Origin: Candidatus Nomurabacteria bacterium
Lineage (GTDB): Bacteria > Patescibacteriota > Minisyncoccia > Phycocordibacterales > UBA9973
Direction: 5' to 3'
NCBI GenBank assembly: GCA_023267435.1
Contig: JAHFNH010000003.1
Span: 12,717 to 76,716, forward strand
Length of the DNA stretch: 64,000 nucleotides
The notes under the pieces were generated by a model. That model ran no database searches. It had not been told where the DNA came from and saw nothing but the letters and a program-made list of their open reading frames with translations. This document shows, piece after piece, positions 10,085 through 18,599 of the stretch. Numbering within the stretch: the stretch's first letter is position 1; each line of letters begins with the position of its first letter. Both the position numbers and the translations under genes were made by a program.

Positions 10085-10594
10085 TTAATAACTTAAACCA
10101 AATAGATGTAATACTATGCCAGTTAAAGGATCAGCTGAGTTTTTGTAAACCATAGCCCCACCGAGCAAACCAGTTACTGTAATAGCTAACATACCCAACA
10201 CTGCTAAACTTTTTGAAACAAAAGGGCTTGTTATCATTTTCTGAATAAAGACAATAATATTAATAACCTTTGGAGAATTAAATTTTAAATTATTAACAAC
10301 AAAAGGTAAGATCTCGCCTAATACCAGTAAACCATAAAGTAGTGTGGTAATTGAAGCAAACAATGAATGAGCACTAACGAGCTGTCTATTTGGATGCACC
10401 AAATGCGTAGCTGTCTCCCCTGTAGAAAGTGCGACAAATGCACCCAGCAATCCGATCACAAGCAATACGTTTTCAATATGCTTCCAAGAAACTTTCGGAA
10501 ACCATTTTTGAAATGGAATAATTTTTATTAATGAATAAAGAAAAAGCAAAGCTATCGGAAAGTGAACAAAAATCGGATGTATGTTATATGTCAT
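10085..10594 (-). CDS. DUF2231-family membrane protein
   Basis: HPIFVHFPIALLFL is the N-terminal motif characteristic of DUF2231. The protein has multiple TM helices. Confidence 0.6.
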   Translation of the reverse strand: MTYNIHPIFVHFPIALLFLYSLIKIIPFQKWFPKVSWKHIENVLLVIGLLGAFVALSTGETATHLVHPNRQLVSAHSLFASITTLLYGLLVLGEILPFVVNNLKFNSPKVINIIVFIQKMITSPFVSKSLAVLGMLAITVTGLLGGAMVYKNSADPLTGIVLHLFGLSY

Positions 10595-10612
10595 ATTTTT
10601 TTAAATTATTAA

Positions 10613-11338
10613 TTATTCAGTAATAGGAAAATTTTGACCATTAATATCTTTCACTTCATCTGAAGCTAAGAAAATTATTTTCTTAGCTATTGTTTCTGGT
10701 TCGACTAATTTGTGATTTGGTCTATTTAATAATTTTTTCTCAATCTCTTCTTTGGGTGCAGTAATCCAATATCCAGCATTTGTTGCACTGGGAGAAATAG
10801 AATTAGCTCTACCAAACGGAGCCAAAAGTTTCGCATAAGCTTGAGTTATATTTATGACTCCAGCCTTGGCAGCTGAATAAGAAATAGCATCATAGTATCC
10901 ATTCAAACCATGTCTCGAAGCAATATTCACTATTACTCCACTTTTTTGTTTTTGAAATATTTCAATTGCATATTTAGAAACACTCATTACTGAAATTAAA
11001 TTTTGCTGTATGGATTTTATCCAAATATCAGCTGAACCATTCCATTCATCACCTTCTATATATCCTCCAGCATTATTTACTAAAACATCTATCCTTCCGA
11101 ATTCTGCCATTGTTTTATCGACAACTTGTTTTGCCTGATTTTCATCAATTAAATCAGCTTGAATAGCCATAGCCCTGCTTCCTAATGCTTTAATCTTCTC
11201 TATGACACTCAAGGCGCCATCTTTATTGTTTTTATAAGTAATAGCAACATCCGCGCCATTTTGCGCAAACATTACTGCTGTGGTCTCCCCGATTCCACTC
11301 GATCCACCAGTTATTAAAATGACTTTATTTTTAAACAT
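10613..11338 (-). CDS. SDR-family oxidoreductase (short-chain dehydrogenase/reductase)
   Basis: ILITGGSSGIGETTA is the TGxxxGxG motif. YSAAKAG is the YxxxK catalytic motif. Confidence 0.85.
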   Translation of the reverse strand: MFKNKVILITGGSSGIGETTAVMFAQNGADVAITYKNNKDGALSVIEKIKALGSRAMAIQADLIDENQAKQVVDKTMAEFGRIDVLVNNAGGYIEGDEWNGSADIWIKSIQQNLISVMSVSKYAIEIFQKQKSGVIVNIASRHGLNGYYDAISYSAAKAGVINITQAYAKLLAPFGRANSISPSATNAGYWITAPKEEIEKKLLNRPNHKLVEPETIAKKIIFLASDEVKDINGQNFPITE

Positions 11339-11339
11339 G

Positions 11340-11585
11340 TTATTTATTTTGTATTAATTCTAATTTCTGTTCCCTGGTTAATCTCTTAATTTCCGCTTCT
11401 TTTTTTCGTGCTTCGTTTAGTGTAGGTAATTTTTCGGAATATTTCAATATTACCGGACGGCGGATTTTTGTGTAGTGTGCTCCTTGTTTCGAATTATTAT
11501 GCTGGTCTAATCTTTTTTCCAGATTGTTGGTGCAACCGGTATACAAACTTTTATCAGCACACTCCAAAATATAAACAGAAAACAT
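11340..11585 (-). CDS. GIY-YIG nuclease superfamily protein (UPF0213-like)
   Basis: 81 aa. VYILECADKSLYTGCTNNLEKRLDQHN is a GIY-YIG core. Confidence 0.7.
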   Translation of the reverse strand: MFSVYILECADKSLYTGCTNNLEKRLDQHNNSKQGAHYTKIRRPVILKYSEKLPTLNEARKKEAEIKRLTREQKLELIQNK

Positions 11586-12667
11586 TATTGTGTTGGTGTT
11601 GATATTGGTGTTTTTAAATATTTTTCAATATTCGCTTTATGTTCATCGTAAGTCACCGCGCAATGAGTCACATGATCTTTGTCATGTAAATAATACAAGC
11701 AATCAGTTTTGGTTGGATTCAACACTGCTTCAATGGCCGGTGTTCCTGGATTGGAGATCGGATGCGGAGGAAGGCCTGCATTTTTATAGGTATTGTAAGG
11801 CGAAATAGATTTTTTATCAGCAATACTAATAGGTGCCCACCAACCCTTACCCTTATCTCCTCGAACGTACTGTAAAGTAGCATCGACAGAAAGCGGAATT
11901 TTTTGATTTAAACGATTTAATAAAATACCGGCAATCAGTGGCATGTCTGCATCATTAGCCGCTTCCCTTTGCACAATCGAGGCTATGGTTAACCCTTTGG
12001 TCCATTGGATATTTTGAGCCTGAAAATCAGTCAAATAACCTGCAAAATTTTCATTAAATTTAGCCACTAATCTCTTAGCAACAGCCTGCGGTGTTTCGCT
12101 AACTGGAATCAAATATGTGTCAGGAAAATAAACTCCTTCAACATAATCATATTTTGTTTTTGTATAAATATTTATCCAATTTTTCTTTTGCAATTTTGTC
12201 CAACCTAAATTTACTGCGAGAAGATCAGCAATCTCTTCTTTACGTAATCCTGGAGGAATAACTACCCATTTCATATACGGCTTACTGTGAAGCATTTTAG
12301 AAACTTGCGCGAGCTTCATGTTTAAAGTTAGCTTGTATGCTCCGGGTATAATATCACCTTTAGTCTTAGAAAATATTGCAGTGAAATCGTCTTTATTTTT
12401 TATATAATTCTGATCAAGAAGATTTTGTGTTATTTGATCCAATGTCGCATTTAGCGGAACAATAAACCGATCTGGGGTAACTGTCGGAGTGATAACTGGC
12501 ACAGTTGGTGAAACAACTGGCGTTGTTTGCGCAATATTTTGCGCATTCACAGATAAACCACCCAGAAACATCAAGGCAATTAAAGGTAGTAATACAAGAA
12601 GATTTTTAAGTATTTTTTGCATATTGTTTACAGTGTTCATTATACCAAAATAAAGCAAAATACTCAC
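11585..12667 (-). CDS. mltG: endolytic murein transglycosylase MltG (YceG family)
   Basis: Signal/TM start followed by VIPPGLRKEEIADLL...SIVQREA...YNTY...GLPPHPI, the YceG-like domain motifs. Confidence 0.8.
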   Translation of the reverse strand: MSILLYFGIMNTVNNMQKILKNLLVLLPLIALMFLGGLSVNAQNIAQTTPVVSPTVPVITPTVTPDRFIVPLNATLDQITQNLLDQNYIKNKDDFTAIFSKTKGDIIPGAYKLTLNMKLAQVSKMLHSKPYMKWVVIPPGLRKEEIADLLAVNLGWTKLQKKNWINIYTKTKYDYVEGVYFPDTYLIPVSETPQAVAKRLVAKFNENFAGYLTDFQAQNIQWTKGLTIASIVQREAANDADMPLIAGILLNRLNQKIPLSVDATLQYVRGDKGKGWWAPISIADKKSISPYNTYKNAGLPPHPISNPGTPAIEAVLNPTKTDCLYYLHDKDHVTHCAVTYDEHKANIEKYLKTPISTPTQ

Positions 12668-12703
12668 TTTTTAAAGTGAGTATTTTGTGAGAGAAATTAT
12701 TTT

Positions 12704-13243
12704 CTATTGAACTGCATTTACAGTTGCTTTTGCATCTGTTTTTGTACCAATTACCTTAGTATCTAATTTCTTATTCACCTTTTTAGCTACATGTACAACC
12801 TCAACTTTTTTAGTAACCATTTTTACATTTTTAGCTGTCATAATATTTGTCGTCTTATCAAGATCTCCAGAAATAATAACTTTTTGTCCGACAATTAAAT
12901 CAGATGGCACGGCAACTGCCCCATCTTTCGTGTATACAGTTGAAGTATCTGTTTTAACTTCTACCGAAGTAACTATTTTTGTTTTTATATTTTTTATATC
13001 CACTGTAAAACCTGAAGTGTCTACAGCAGAAATAACTCCTACAATATTATTATCCTTTACACTTTTAATACCTTTTTCATTTTTGTTAACTTTTTCAATT
13101 TTTCCAGCTTTATGCTGTTTCTGGAAAGTTGGTTGTGTATCTTTAATACCTAAATCCTGTGGAGTTGCGGCAAATACTGCAGTACCTCCGACTAATAACG
13201 AAAATGCGAGTGCGCCTGTTGCGATATGTTTTTTATATTTCAT
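12704..13243 (-). CDS. secreted protein with a conserved beta-rich domain, paralogous to the CDSs at 30571-31008 and 34692-35213
   Basis: Signal peptide MKYKKHIATGALAFSLLVGGTAVFAA. The C-terminal region DLIVGQKVIISGDLDKTTNIMTAKNVKM aligns with DLVVGKQVSVTGTANPDGSLTAQSVQI. Confidence 0.6.
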   Translation of the reverse strand: MKYKKHIATGALAFSLLVGGTAVFAATPQDLGIKDTQPTFQKQHKAGKIEKVNKNEKGIKSVKDNNIVGVISAVDTSGFTVDIKNIKTKIVTSVEVKTDTSTVYTKDGAVAVPSDLIVGQKVIISGDLDKTTNIMTAKNVKMVTKKVEVVHVAKKVNKKLDTKVIGTKTDAKATVNAVQ

Positions 13244-13370
13244 AATTTTTTTAATAAATTAATAATTTCCGCCAGGGGGCGGATCAGCCTGCTGGCTGAA
13301 ATAAGCTAATAAATTTATACACCTTGACCTTAAGTATATATGAATATATTACATTCTATGGATGAAGTTA

Positions 13371-14399
13371 TCATGAAGAGATTGGCAGTGAGATAATCAC
13401 ATTTGTACCCTTATTTTCATGGCTTTTTATGGAGATAGTGCCTTTATGGTTTTCAATAATTTTCTTGGAAAGGGTCAGCCCTAAGCCCGCGCCATCTGTG
13501 TTTCGCGAAGCATCACCTCGAAAAAAAGGATCAAAAATCTTTTCAATAATTTCTTTTGAAATACCATAACCAGTATCGCTGATAGTAAGCACATATTTAT
13601 GTGAAACTATCTTGTCTGATATTGATATCGTTCCATTGGGTTCCGTGTATTTAATAGCATTGTCTAAAATATTATAGAATACGCGACCGAGATCAATTTT
13701 ATTTCCAAAGATATTTGCTAATGATTCCAAATTTGTTTCGATCTTTATTTCTTTCACTTGAGCTAAATTCTTATTTTTTTCCACAATAGATCTCACCAAT
13801 TCACCGATAGAAATAAGTTCGTATTCCATCTGTACTGTTGTGCCATATTTTGATATATCCAGTAAACTATTACTGAGTTTTGAAAATTCCCTCATTTCAT
13901 CCAAAGTATTTTCTAAAGTTTTCTTGGCCGAAACAAGATCTAGTTTTTTATTATTCAAATTCACCTCAAGACCGGAGATAACGACCGCAATAGGAGTGCG
14001 AAGTTCATGGGAAGCATCAGCGATAAATCTCTTTTGCTTTTGCATGTTCAACTTGATCGGCTCAAGTGTTTTATAAGTAAGCAAGAATCCTAATATAATA
14101 ATAAAGAAAATTAAAAGAGCGTCTATAGTCAAAAAACGATTCAGTAAAATATCTTGAGCTCTATCTACTATCACTTGAGCAATGTCAGGATCAGGTATAT
14201 TTTCAAAAATTGATGTGGAAAGATTTGAAAGAATCGTATTGTAAAGCATAATACTTGAACCGCCCAAAATAACTATTGCCGTAATGGAATAATAAAAAGT
14301 GAGTCTAAGTCGCGCTACGAAAAATTCGTCAATCTTATTATTAACCTTCCATTTTGTAACCGACTCCACGAATTGTTTGTATGATTTTTGCATTGTCAT
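13371..14399 (-). CDS. two-component sensor histidine kinase
   Basis: Two TM helices, the H-box ADASHELRTPIAV, and HATPase motifs NAIKYTEPNG...DTGYGIS...GLGLTL. Confidence 0.85.
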   Translation of the reverse strand: MTMQKSYKQFVESVTKWKVNNKIDEFFVARLRLTFYYSITAIVILGGSSIMLYNTILSNLSTSIFENIPDPDIAQVIVDRAQDILLNRFLTIDALLIFFIIILGFLLTYKTLEPIKLNMQKQKRFIADASHELRTPIAVVISGLEVNLNNKKLDLVSAKKTLENTLDEMREFSKLSNSLLDISKYGTTVQMEYELISIGELVRSIVEKNKNLAQVKEIKIETNLESLANIFGNKIDLGRVFYNILDNAIKYTEPNGTISISDKIVSHKYVLTISDTGYGISKEIIEKIFDPFFRGDASRNTDGAGLGLTLSKKIIENHKGTISIKSHENKGTNVIISLPISS

Positions 14400-15009
14400 G
14401 AATTTTTTTTCTTAGATTTTTTATATGCACATCGACAGTGTTACTAAAAGACGAATCTGCAAAGTCCCATGCATGAGAATAAAGTTCATCTCGAGTAACA
14501 ACTTTGTTTAAGTGATGCATCAGATATTCGAGCACCATAAATTCTTTCAAGGTGAGAAAAACTAGTTTACCTTTATAAGTTACCGTCCTACTTATCGTAT
14601 TTATACTGATATCCCCAGAAGTAAGTATATCAGGAAAAGAATGTTTTGGACGTCGCAAAAGCGCATGAACGCGGGCCAGAAGTTCTTTAAAAGCGAAAGG
14701 TTTCGCTAAATAATCATCAGCACCGGCATCTAGACCAATAACTTTGTCATCTGTAGTATCCAATGCCGTAAGCATCAGCACGGGAATCACAATACCATTC
14801 TCCCGCCAATGAATACAAATAGAAACTCCGTCTTTCCCGGGAAGCATTCTGTCTAAAATCACTAAGTCATATTCATTATGATTTACCATAATTCTGCGCT
14901 CAGCAGCAATTCCCTCTTCGATCACATCGACAGCATAACCTTCCTGTACAAGGCCTTGTTTCAGATTTTCTGCCAATTTTTGATTGTCCTCAACCACTAA
15001 TATTTTCAT
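14341..15009 (-). CDS. OmpR-family response regulator
   Basis: MKILVVEDNQKLAENL...DLVILDRMLPGKDG is the receiver domain. A winged-helix C-terminus follows (TIRGVGYKM). It overlaps the HK ORF by 59 nt. Confidence 0.88.
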   Translation of the reverse strand: MKILVVEDNQKLAENLKQGLVQEGYAVDVIEEGIAAERRIMVNHNEYDLVILDRMLPGKDGVSICIHWRENGIVIPVLMLTALDTTDDKVIGLDAGADDYLAKPFAFKELLARVHALLRRPKHSFPDILTSGDISINTISRTVTYKGKLVFLTLKEFMVLEYLMHHLNKVVTRDELYSHAWDFADSSFSNTVDVHIKNLRKKIHDNAKIIQTIRGVGYKMEG

Positions 15010-15067
15010 ATTTATATGATACCACTTTTAAAGTGAAATCTTCATGAAGTATGCTACAATCTAATTT

Positions 15068-16075
15068 GTGTCACATAAAACTCAAGGTAAAAGATCGGTC
15101 ATAGCAGCGCTTTTGGGCAATATCTTTGTCACTTTTATTAAAACAGTGGTTGCCTTTTTTTCCGGTTCCGCCAGTATGTTCGCCGAAAGCGTGCACAGTT
15201 TCGCCGATACTCTAAACCAATCTCTTCTATTGGTCGGCTTAAAAAGATCTAAGAAACCAGCTGATAGTGATCGAGGTTATGGTTATGGTATTGAAAGATT
15301 TTTTTGGTCTTTGATATCAGCCTGCGGAATTCTTTTTATTGGTGCCGGTATCACTGTCTACCATTCAACAATTTCTTTAATCAATTACGACAGCGGTATA
15401 GTTTCTAGTTTTAGTTATTTTATTATTCTTGTTTTATGTATTTCTTTTGTTATCGAAGGAATAACTTTGTTCATTGCTTTCAAAGAATTAAAAGGCAGTG
15501 AAAAATTTTCAAAGAAAATTTTTCTTGACGCTGACCCGGTCACTCTCGCTGTCGTTTACGAAGATGGGGCTGCTGTCCTGGGTGTCTTCGTCGCCCTCAT
15601 TGCGCAGTTTTTAATGTATTTCACAGGCAATGGTATTTACGACTCGATCGCTGGAATAATCATCGGTCTCATTCTTGGATTTTTGGCAGTTCTTCTGATA
15701 AGGAAAAATCACTTGTATATCATCGGTAAATCTTTAGATCCAAAAATAGTGGAAGAAATAACAGAACTTTTATTGGAAGATCCTTGCATCGAAAATATTT
15801 CTGAATTTAAATCCGTCGCTGTCGACATCAATCAATACAGAATATACACCACCGTCGAATGGAATGGTTCCCCTCTTTATGAAGAGATCTACAAAGCCGG
15901 AGATTTGAGAGAAGAATTCGACGAGATAAAAAATGACTTCAGTGAATTCACAAAATTGATGTTTAAGATGACTGACCGTATTCCCCGCCTCGTCGGAAAT
16001 CATATAGACAAGATAGAAAAAAAAATTAAAGAAAAATTCCCTCAGATTTTATACGTAGATATAGAAATAAATTAA
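15068..16075 (+). CDS. cation diffusion facilitator (CDF) family metal efflux transporter
   Basis: GTG start. SASMFAESVHSFADTLNQ is the CDF TM2 HxxxD-like motif. Six TM helices plus a cytoplasmic C-terminal domain. Confidence 0.8.
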   Translation: MSHKTQGKRSVIAALLGNIFVTFIKTVVAFFSGSASMFAESVHSFADTLNQSLLLVGLKRSKKPADSDRGYGYGIERFFWSLISACGILFIGAGITVYHSTISLINYDSGIVSSFSYFIILVLCISFVIEGITLFIAFKELKGSEKFSKKIFLDADPVTLAVVYEDGAAVLGVFVALIAQFLMYFTGNGIYDSIAGIIIGLILGFLAVLLIRKNHLYIIGKSLDPKIVEEITELLLEDPCIENISEFKSVAVDINQYRIYTTVEWNGSPLYEEIYKAGDLREEFDEIKNDFSEFTKLMFKMTDRIPRLVGNHIDKIEKKIKEKFPQILYVDIEIN

Positions 16076-16510
16076 TTACTTCTTTTTAATTTGATTAATT
16101 TTATCTACCGAGAGCCATGCCGACATCATGCCGAATCCTGCTTTATTAATATCAAAGGGTTTTATCTTTTCAGGATTTTTCAAAAATATCAAAAGACAAT
16201 ATTTTTTATCCTTGAATAAGTTAAAGAAATATTTTATCTTATCTTTTTCAATTCCATCGTCTTTTCCATATTCGTCTAAAATATTTTTTACTTTGGCGGG
16301 AGTCAAATCAGAAAATGAAATAACTTTTCCAACCGTAGCTTTTATTGAAACTAATTCGCCGGAATCTTTAAAATAAACAGTGTCCCCTTTCTCAATCTTT
16401 CCCCAAGGGGAATGTTTTGTTTTATACCAGCGTGATTCTATTTTTTTCTGCCCAGAAAGAATCTTTTGAGTTAATCTCCACGATTTTTTCATTATTGCCA
16501 CGTGATCCAT
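16076..16510 (-). CDS. ASCH-domain protein (PUA-like)
   Basis: ILSGQKKIESRW matches the ASCH GxKxxExR signature. Confidence 0.55.
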   Translation of the reverse strand: MDHVAIMKKSWRLTQKILSGQKKIESRWYKTKHSPWGKIEKGDTVYFKDSGELVSIKATVGKVISFSDLTPAKVKNILDEYGKDDGIEKDKIKYFFNLFKDKKYCLLIFLKNPEKIKPFDINKAGFGMMSAWLSVDKINQIKKK

Positions 16511-16661
16511 ATGATGAATTATAGCTTAATAGTTGAAATTTATAAAAAAAATTTGCTATCTTCTTTACACATAGACTATTTTATGCTATTATTCGAATAG
16601 AGATAGTCTTGTTAAATAAACCTTAAATATCAGCCAAATTTTAACTTTTAAAAACTTAATA

Positions 16662-17186
16662 ATGGAAAATAATAAAAGAAATATAGCTAATGAATTAATA
16701 TTCAGTGAAGACGGAAAGTCTGTCTGGATAGAATTTGTGGATACAACTGAAAGTCCGTATTTTTATACTAAAGAGGAAGCGATCAGTTCTTTGATTGATT
16801 ACCGCAGACAAGGTAAAATTTCCAGAGTAGAAGAAGTTTCTTTCATAAAGAAAATAATTTTTTCGATAAATTTAAAATGGTCTTCTATTTCCAATATCAA
16901 AACCGTACTAATTTCTATGGGTATGACAGCACAAAAAATAGAAAAACCCTATTTCGATAAAGATAATGATGAACATGTTAAGCCACACGGTTATTTCTAT
17001 AATGGAGACAATCAAAAACTTTTTCCATTTGCAATTTATTATCAGGAACATGGACTATATCTCATAGACCTGCTTTATGAATCTGAGCAAATAGACAAAG
17101 TAACACGTAATCATTTAAAATTTTTCGTGAAAGTATCCAAAATTCCTATCAAACCGGAAAAACCAGTAAACCCACTATCAAATTAA
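16662..17186 (+). CDS. hypothetical protein
   Basis: 174-aa ORF with a terminator immediately downstream. Confidence 0.5.
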   Translation: MENNKRNIANELIFSEDGKSVWIEFVDTTESPYFYTKEEAISSLIDYRRQGKISRVEEVSFIKKIIFSINLKWSSISNIKTVLISMGMTAQKIEKPYFDKDNDEHVKPHGYFYNGDNQKLFPFAIYYQEHGLYLIDLLYESEQIDKVTRNHLKFFVKVSKIPIKPEKPVNPLSN

Positions 17187-17220
17187 AAAGTCATCTTGCA
17201 ATAAGATGACTTTTTTTATT
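17185..17220. terminator. bidirectional intrinsic terminator
   Basis: AAAAAGTCATCTTgcaatAAGATGACTTTTTTTATT. Confidence 0.8.
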
Positions 17221-17230
17221 TGCTCAATTC

Positions 17231-17842
17231 TTATATTTTTCTTCCAATAATCTGCAACCAGTCTGTTTTACCTGACTTGAAAATATTTTCACAAACTATT
17301 TCCATATTTAGCTTTTGTAAATATTCTCTCAATTCTTCTGGACTATAAAAACTAAAAAATCTTTCATATTCATAACCATAATCATTTTCTTGTGTTACCT
17401 TCTCTTCAATACCATCGTCCTTAATTCCCTTAACTGCGATGTAAAGTATTCCTCCATCATTCAATCTAGATTTTAATTTTTCCAAAACTTCCATAGTTCT
17501 CGCCTTTGGTATATGCAATAGAACTGCCTGCGCAAAAATCCCATCAAAAGTTTTCGGATATTTATCTACATCATAAACATCAACCACATCGAAATCTAAT
17601 TCCGGCAATTCTCTTTTAGCAATCTCAATCATCTTTTCAGAAAAATCAATACCAGTAACTTTAAATCCTTTATTGGCGATATTTTTAGTTTTAATACCAC
17701 CTCCACAACCAACATCAAGAACACTTGCTCCTTGAGGAAGCAAAGAAGTAAAAGTATCTGTTCCCTCTTTCCACCAATCATCTTGATTGTGGTCTTTAAC
17801 CCAATCTTCAGCTATTTTATTGTATGTTGATTTTAAGTCCAT
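17231..17842 (-). CDS. class I SAM-dependent methyltransferase
   Basis: VLDVGCGGGIKTKNIANKGFKVTGIDFSEKM is SAM-binding motif I. Confidence 0.8.
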   Translation of the reverse strand: MDLKSTYNKIAEDWVKDHNQDDWWKEGTDTFTSLLPQGASVLDVGCGGGIKTKNIANKGFKVTGIDFSEKMIEIAKRELPELDFDVVDVYDVDKYPKTFDGIFAQAVLLHIPKARTMEVLEKLKSRLNDGGILYIAVKGIKDDGIEEKVTQENDYGYEYERFFSFYSPEELREYLQKLNMEIVCENIFKSGKTDWLQIIGRKI

Positions 17843-17847
17843 GATTT

Positions 17848-18327
17848 TTATTCATTCATTCGTTCATGAACTCCTTTTAAAAAATCATCTGGTTTTTCTT
17901 TTAATTCTTTTCTTAATTCTTCTTCCGAGAACCATTTCACTTCTGCGACTTCATCCTCAGCTACTTTAAAATCATTAAATCCAGCCGATAATGTTAATAA
18001 AAATTCTTGAGCAAAATAATTATATTTAGTTTTCCTACGTTTTTTAATTCCAGTAATGGGTTTAATATCTTTTAATCCTATTTCTTCTTCTGCTTCTTTG
18101 ATTATATTTTCTTCGTAAGTTTCTCCCTTTTCGACTGTTCCAGCTACTGCAGGACCCCATTTATTAGGATCGTGTTTTTTATTAAATGCACGGCGGGCAA
18201 GTAGAATTTTGCCATTGGTATCAGTAATCCAAAGAGAAGAAACGCGATAAATAGCATTAACATCTCGATTGTCTCTTTCTCTAAATTCTATTATATTATC
18301 ATCTTCATCAACTATTGGTATTTTCAT
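17848..18327 (-). CDS. NUDIX hydrolase (the start is MKIPIV; the longer ORF overlaps the tRNA)
   Basis: Nudix box GTVEKGETYEENIIKEAEEEIGL. Confidence 0.75.
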   Translation of the reverse strand: MKIPIVDEDDNIIEFRERDNRDVNAIYRVSSLWITDTNGKILLARRAFNKKHDPNKWGPAVAGTVEKGETYEENIIKEAEEEIGLKDIKPITGIKKRRKTKYNYFAQEFLLTLSAGFNDFKVAEDEVAEVKWFSEEELRKELKEKPDDFLKGVHERMNE

Positions 18328-18345
18328 AAAATGATTTAAAAATTG

Positions 18346-18416
18346 TTGCGAGACTTGGACTCGAACCAAGATAACCTCCTCCAGAGGGAGGTGTCCTACC
18401 ATTAGACGATCTCGCA
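18346..18416 (-). tRNA. tRNA-Gln (anticodon CUG)
   Basis: Cloverleaf UGCGAGA-UC-GUCU-AAUGGUA-GGAC-A-CCUCC-CUCUGGA-GGAGG-UUAU-CUUGG-UUCGAGU-CCAAG-UCUCGCA-A. The U1:A72 pair is typical of bacterial tRNA-Gln. CCA is not encoded. Confidence 0.8.
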
Positions 18417-18515
18417 AAGTATTAAGTTTTAAACTGCTAATAAATATTGTGAATAATTTTACTTATGGTTGCGTTACTGCGTTTTGTACAAACCTACGGT
18501 TTAACAAAACGAGAG

Positions 18516-18537
18516 CCTCCTATTAAACGATCTCGCA
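18516..18537 (-). repeat. degenerate duplicate of the 5' 22 nt of tRNA-Gln (UGCGAGAUCGUUUAAUAGGAGG), followed by a hairpin
   Basis: 19 of 22 nt are identical to the tRNA 5' half, located 100 nt upstream on the same strand. The adjacent hairpin CGTTTTGT-N16-ACAAAACG is at 18480-18511. Confidence 0.55.
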
Positions 18538-18599
18538 ATGTTTACCGAACTTCTAAAGATTACCGTAAAAACGGTATTTTTTCAAGCTAGTTTATTTTT

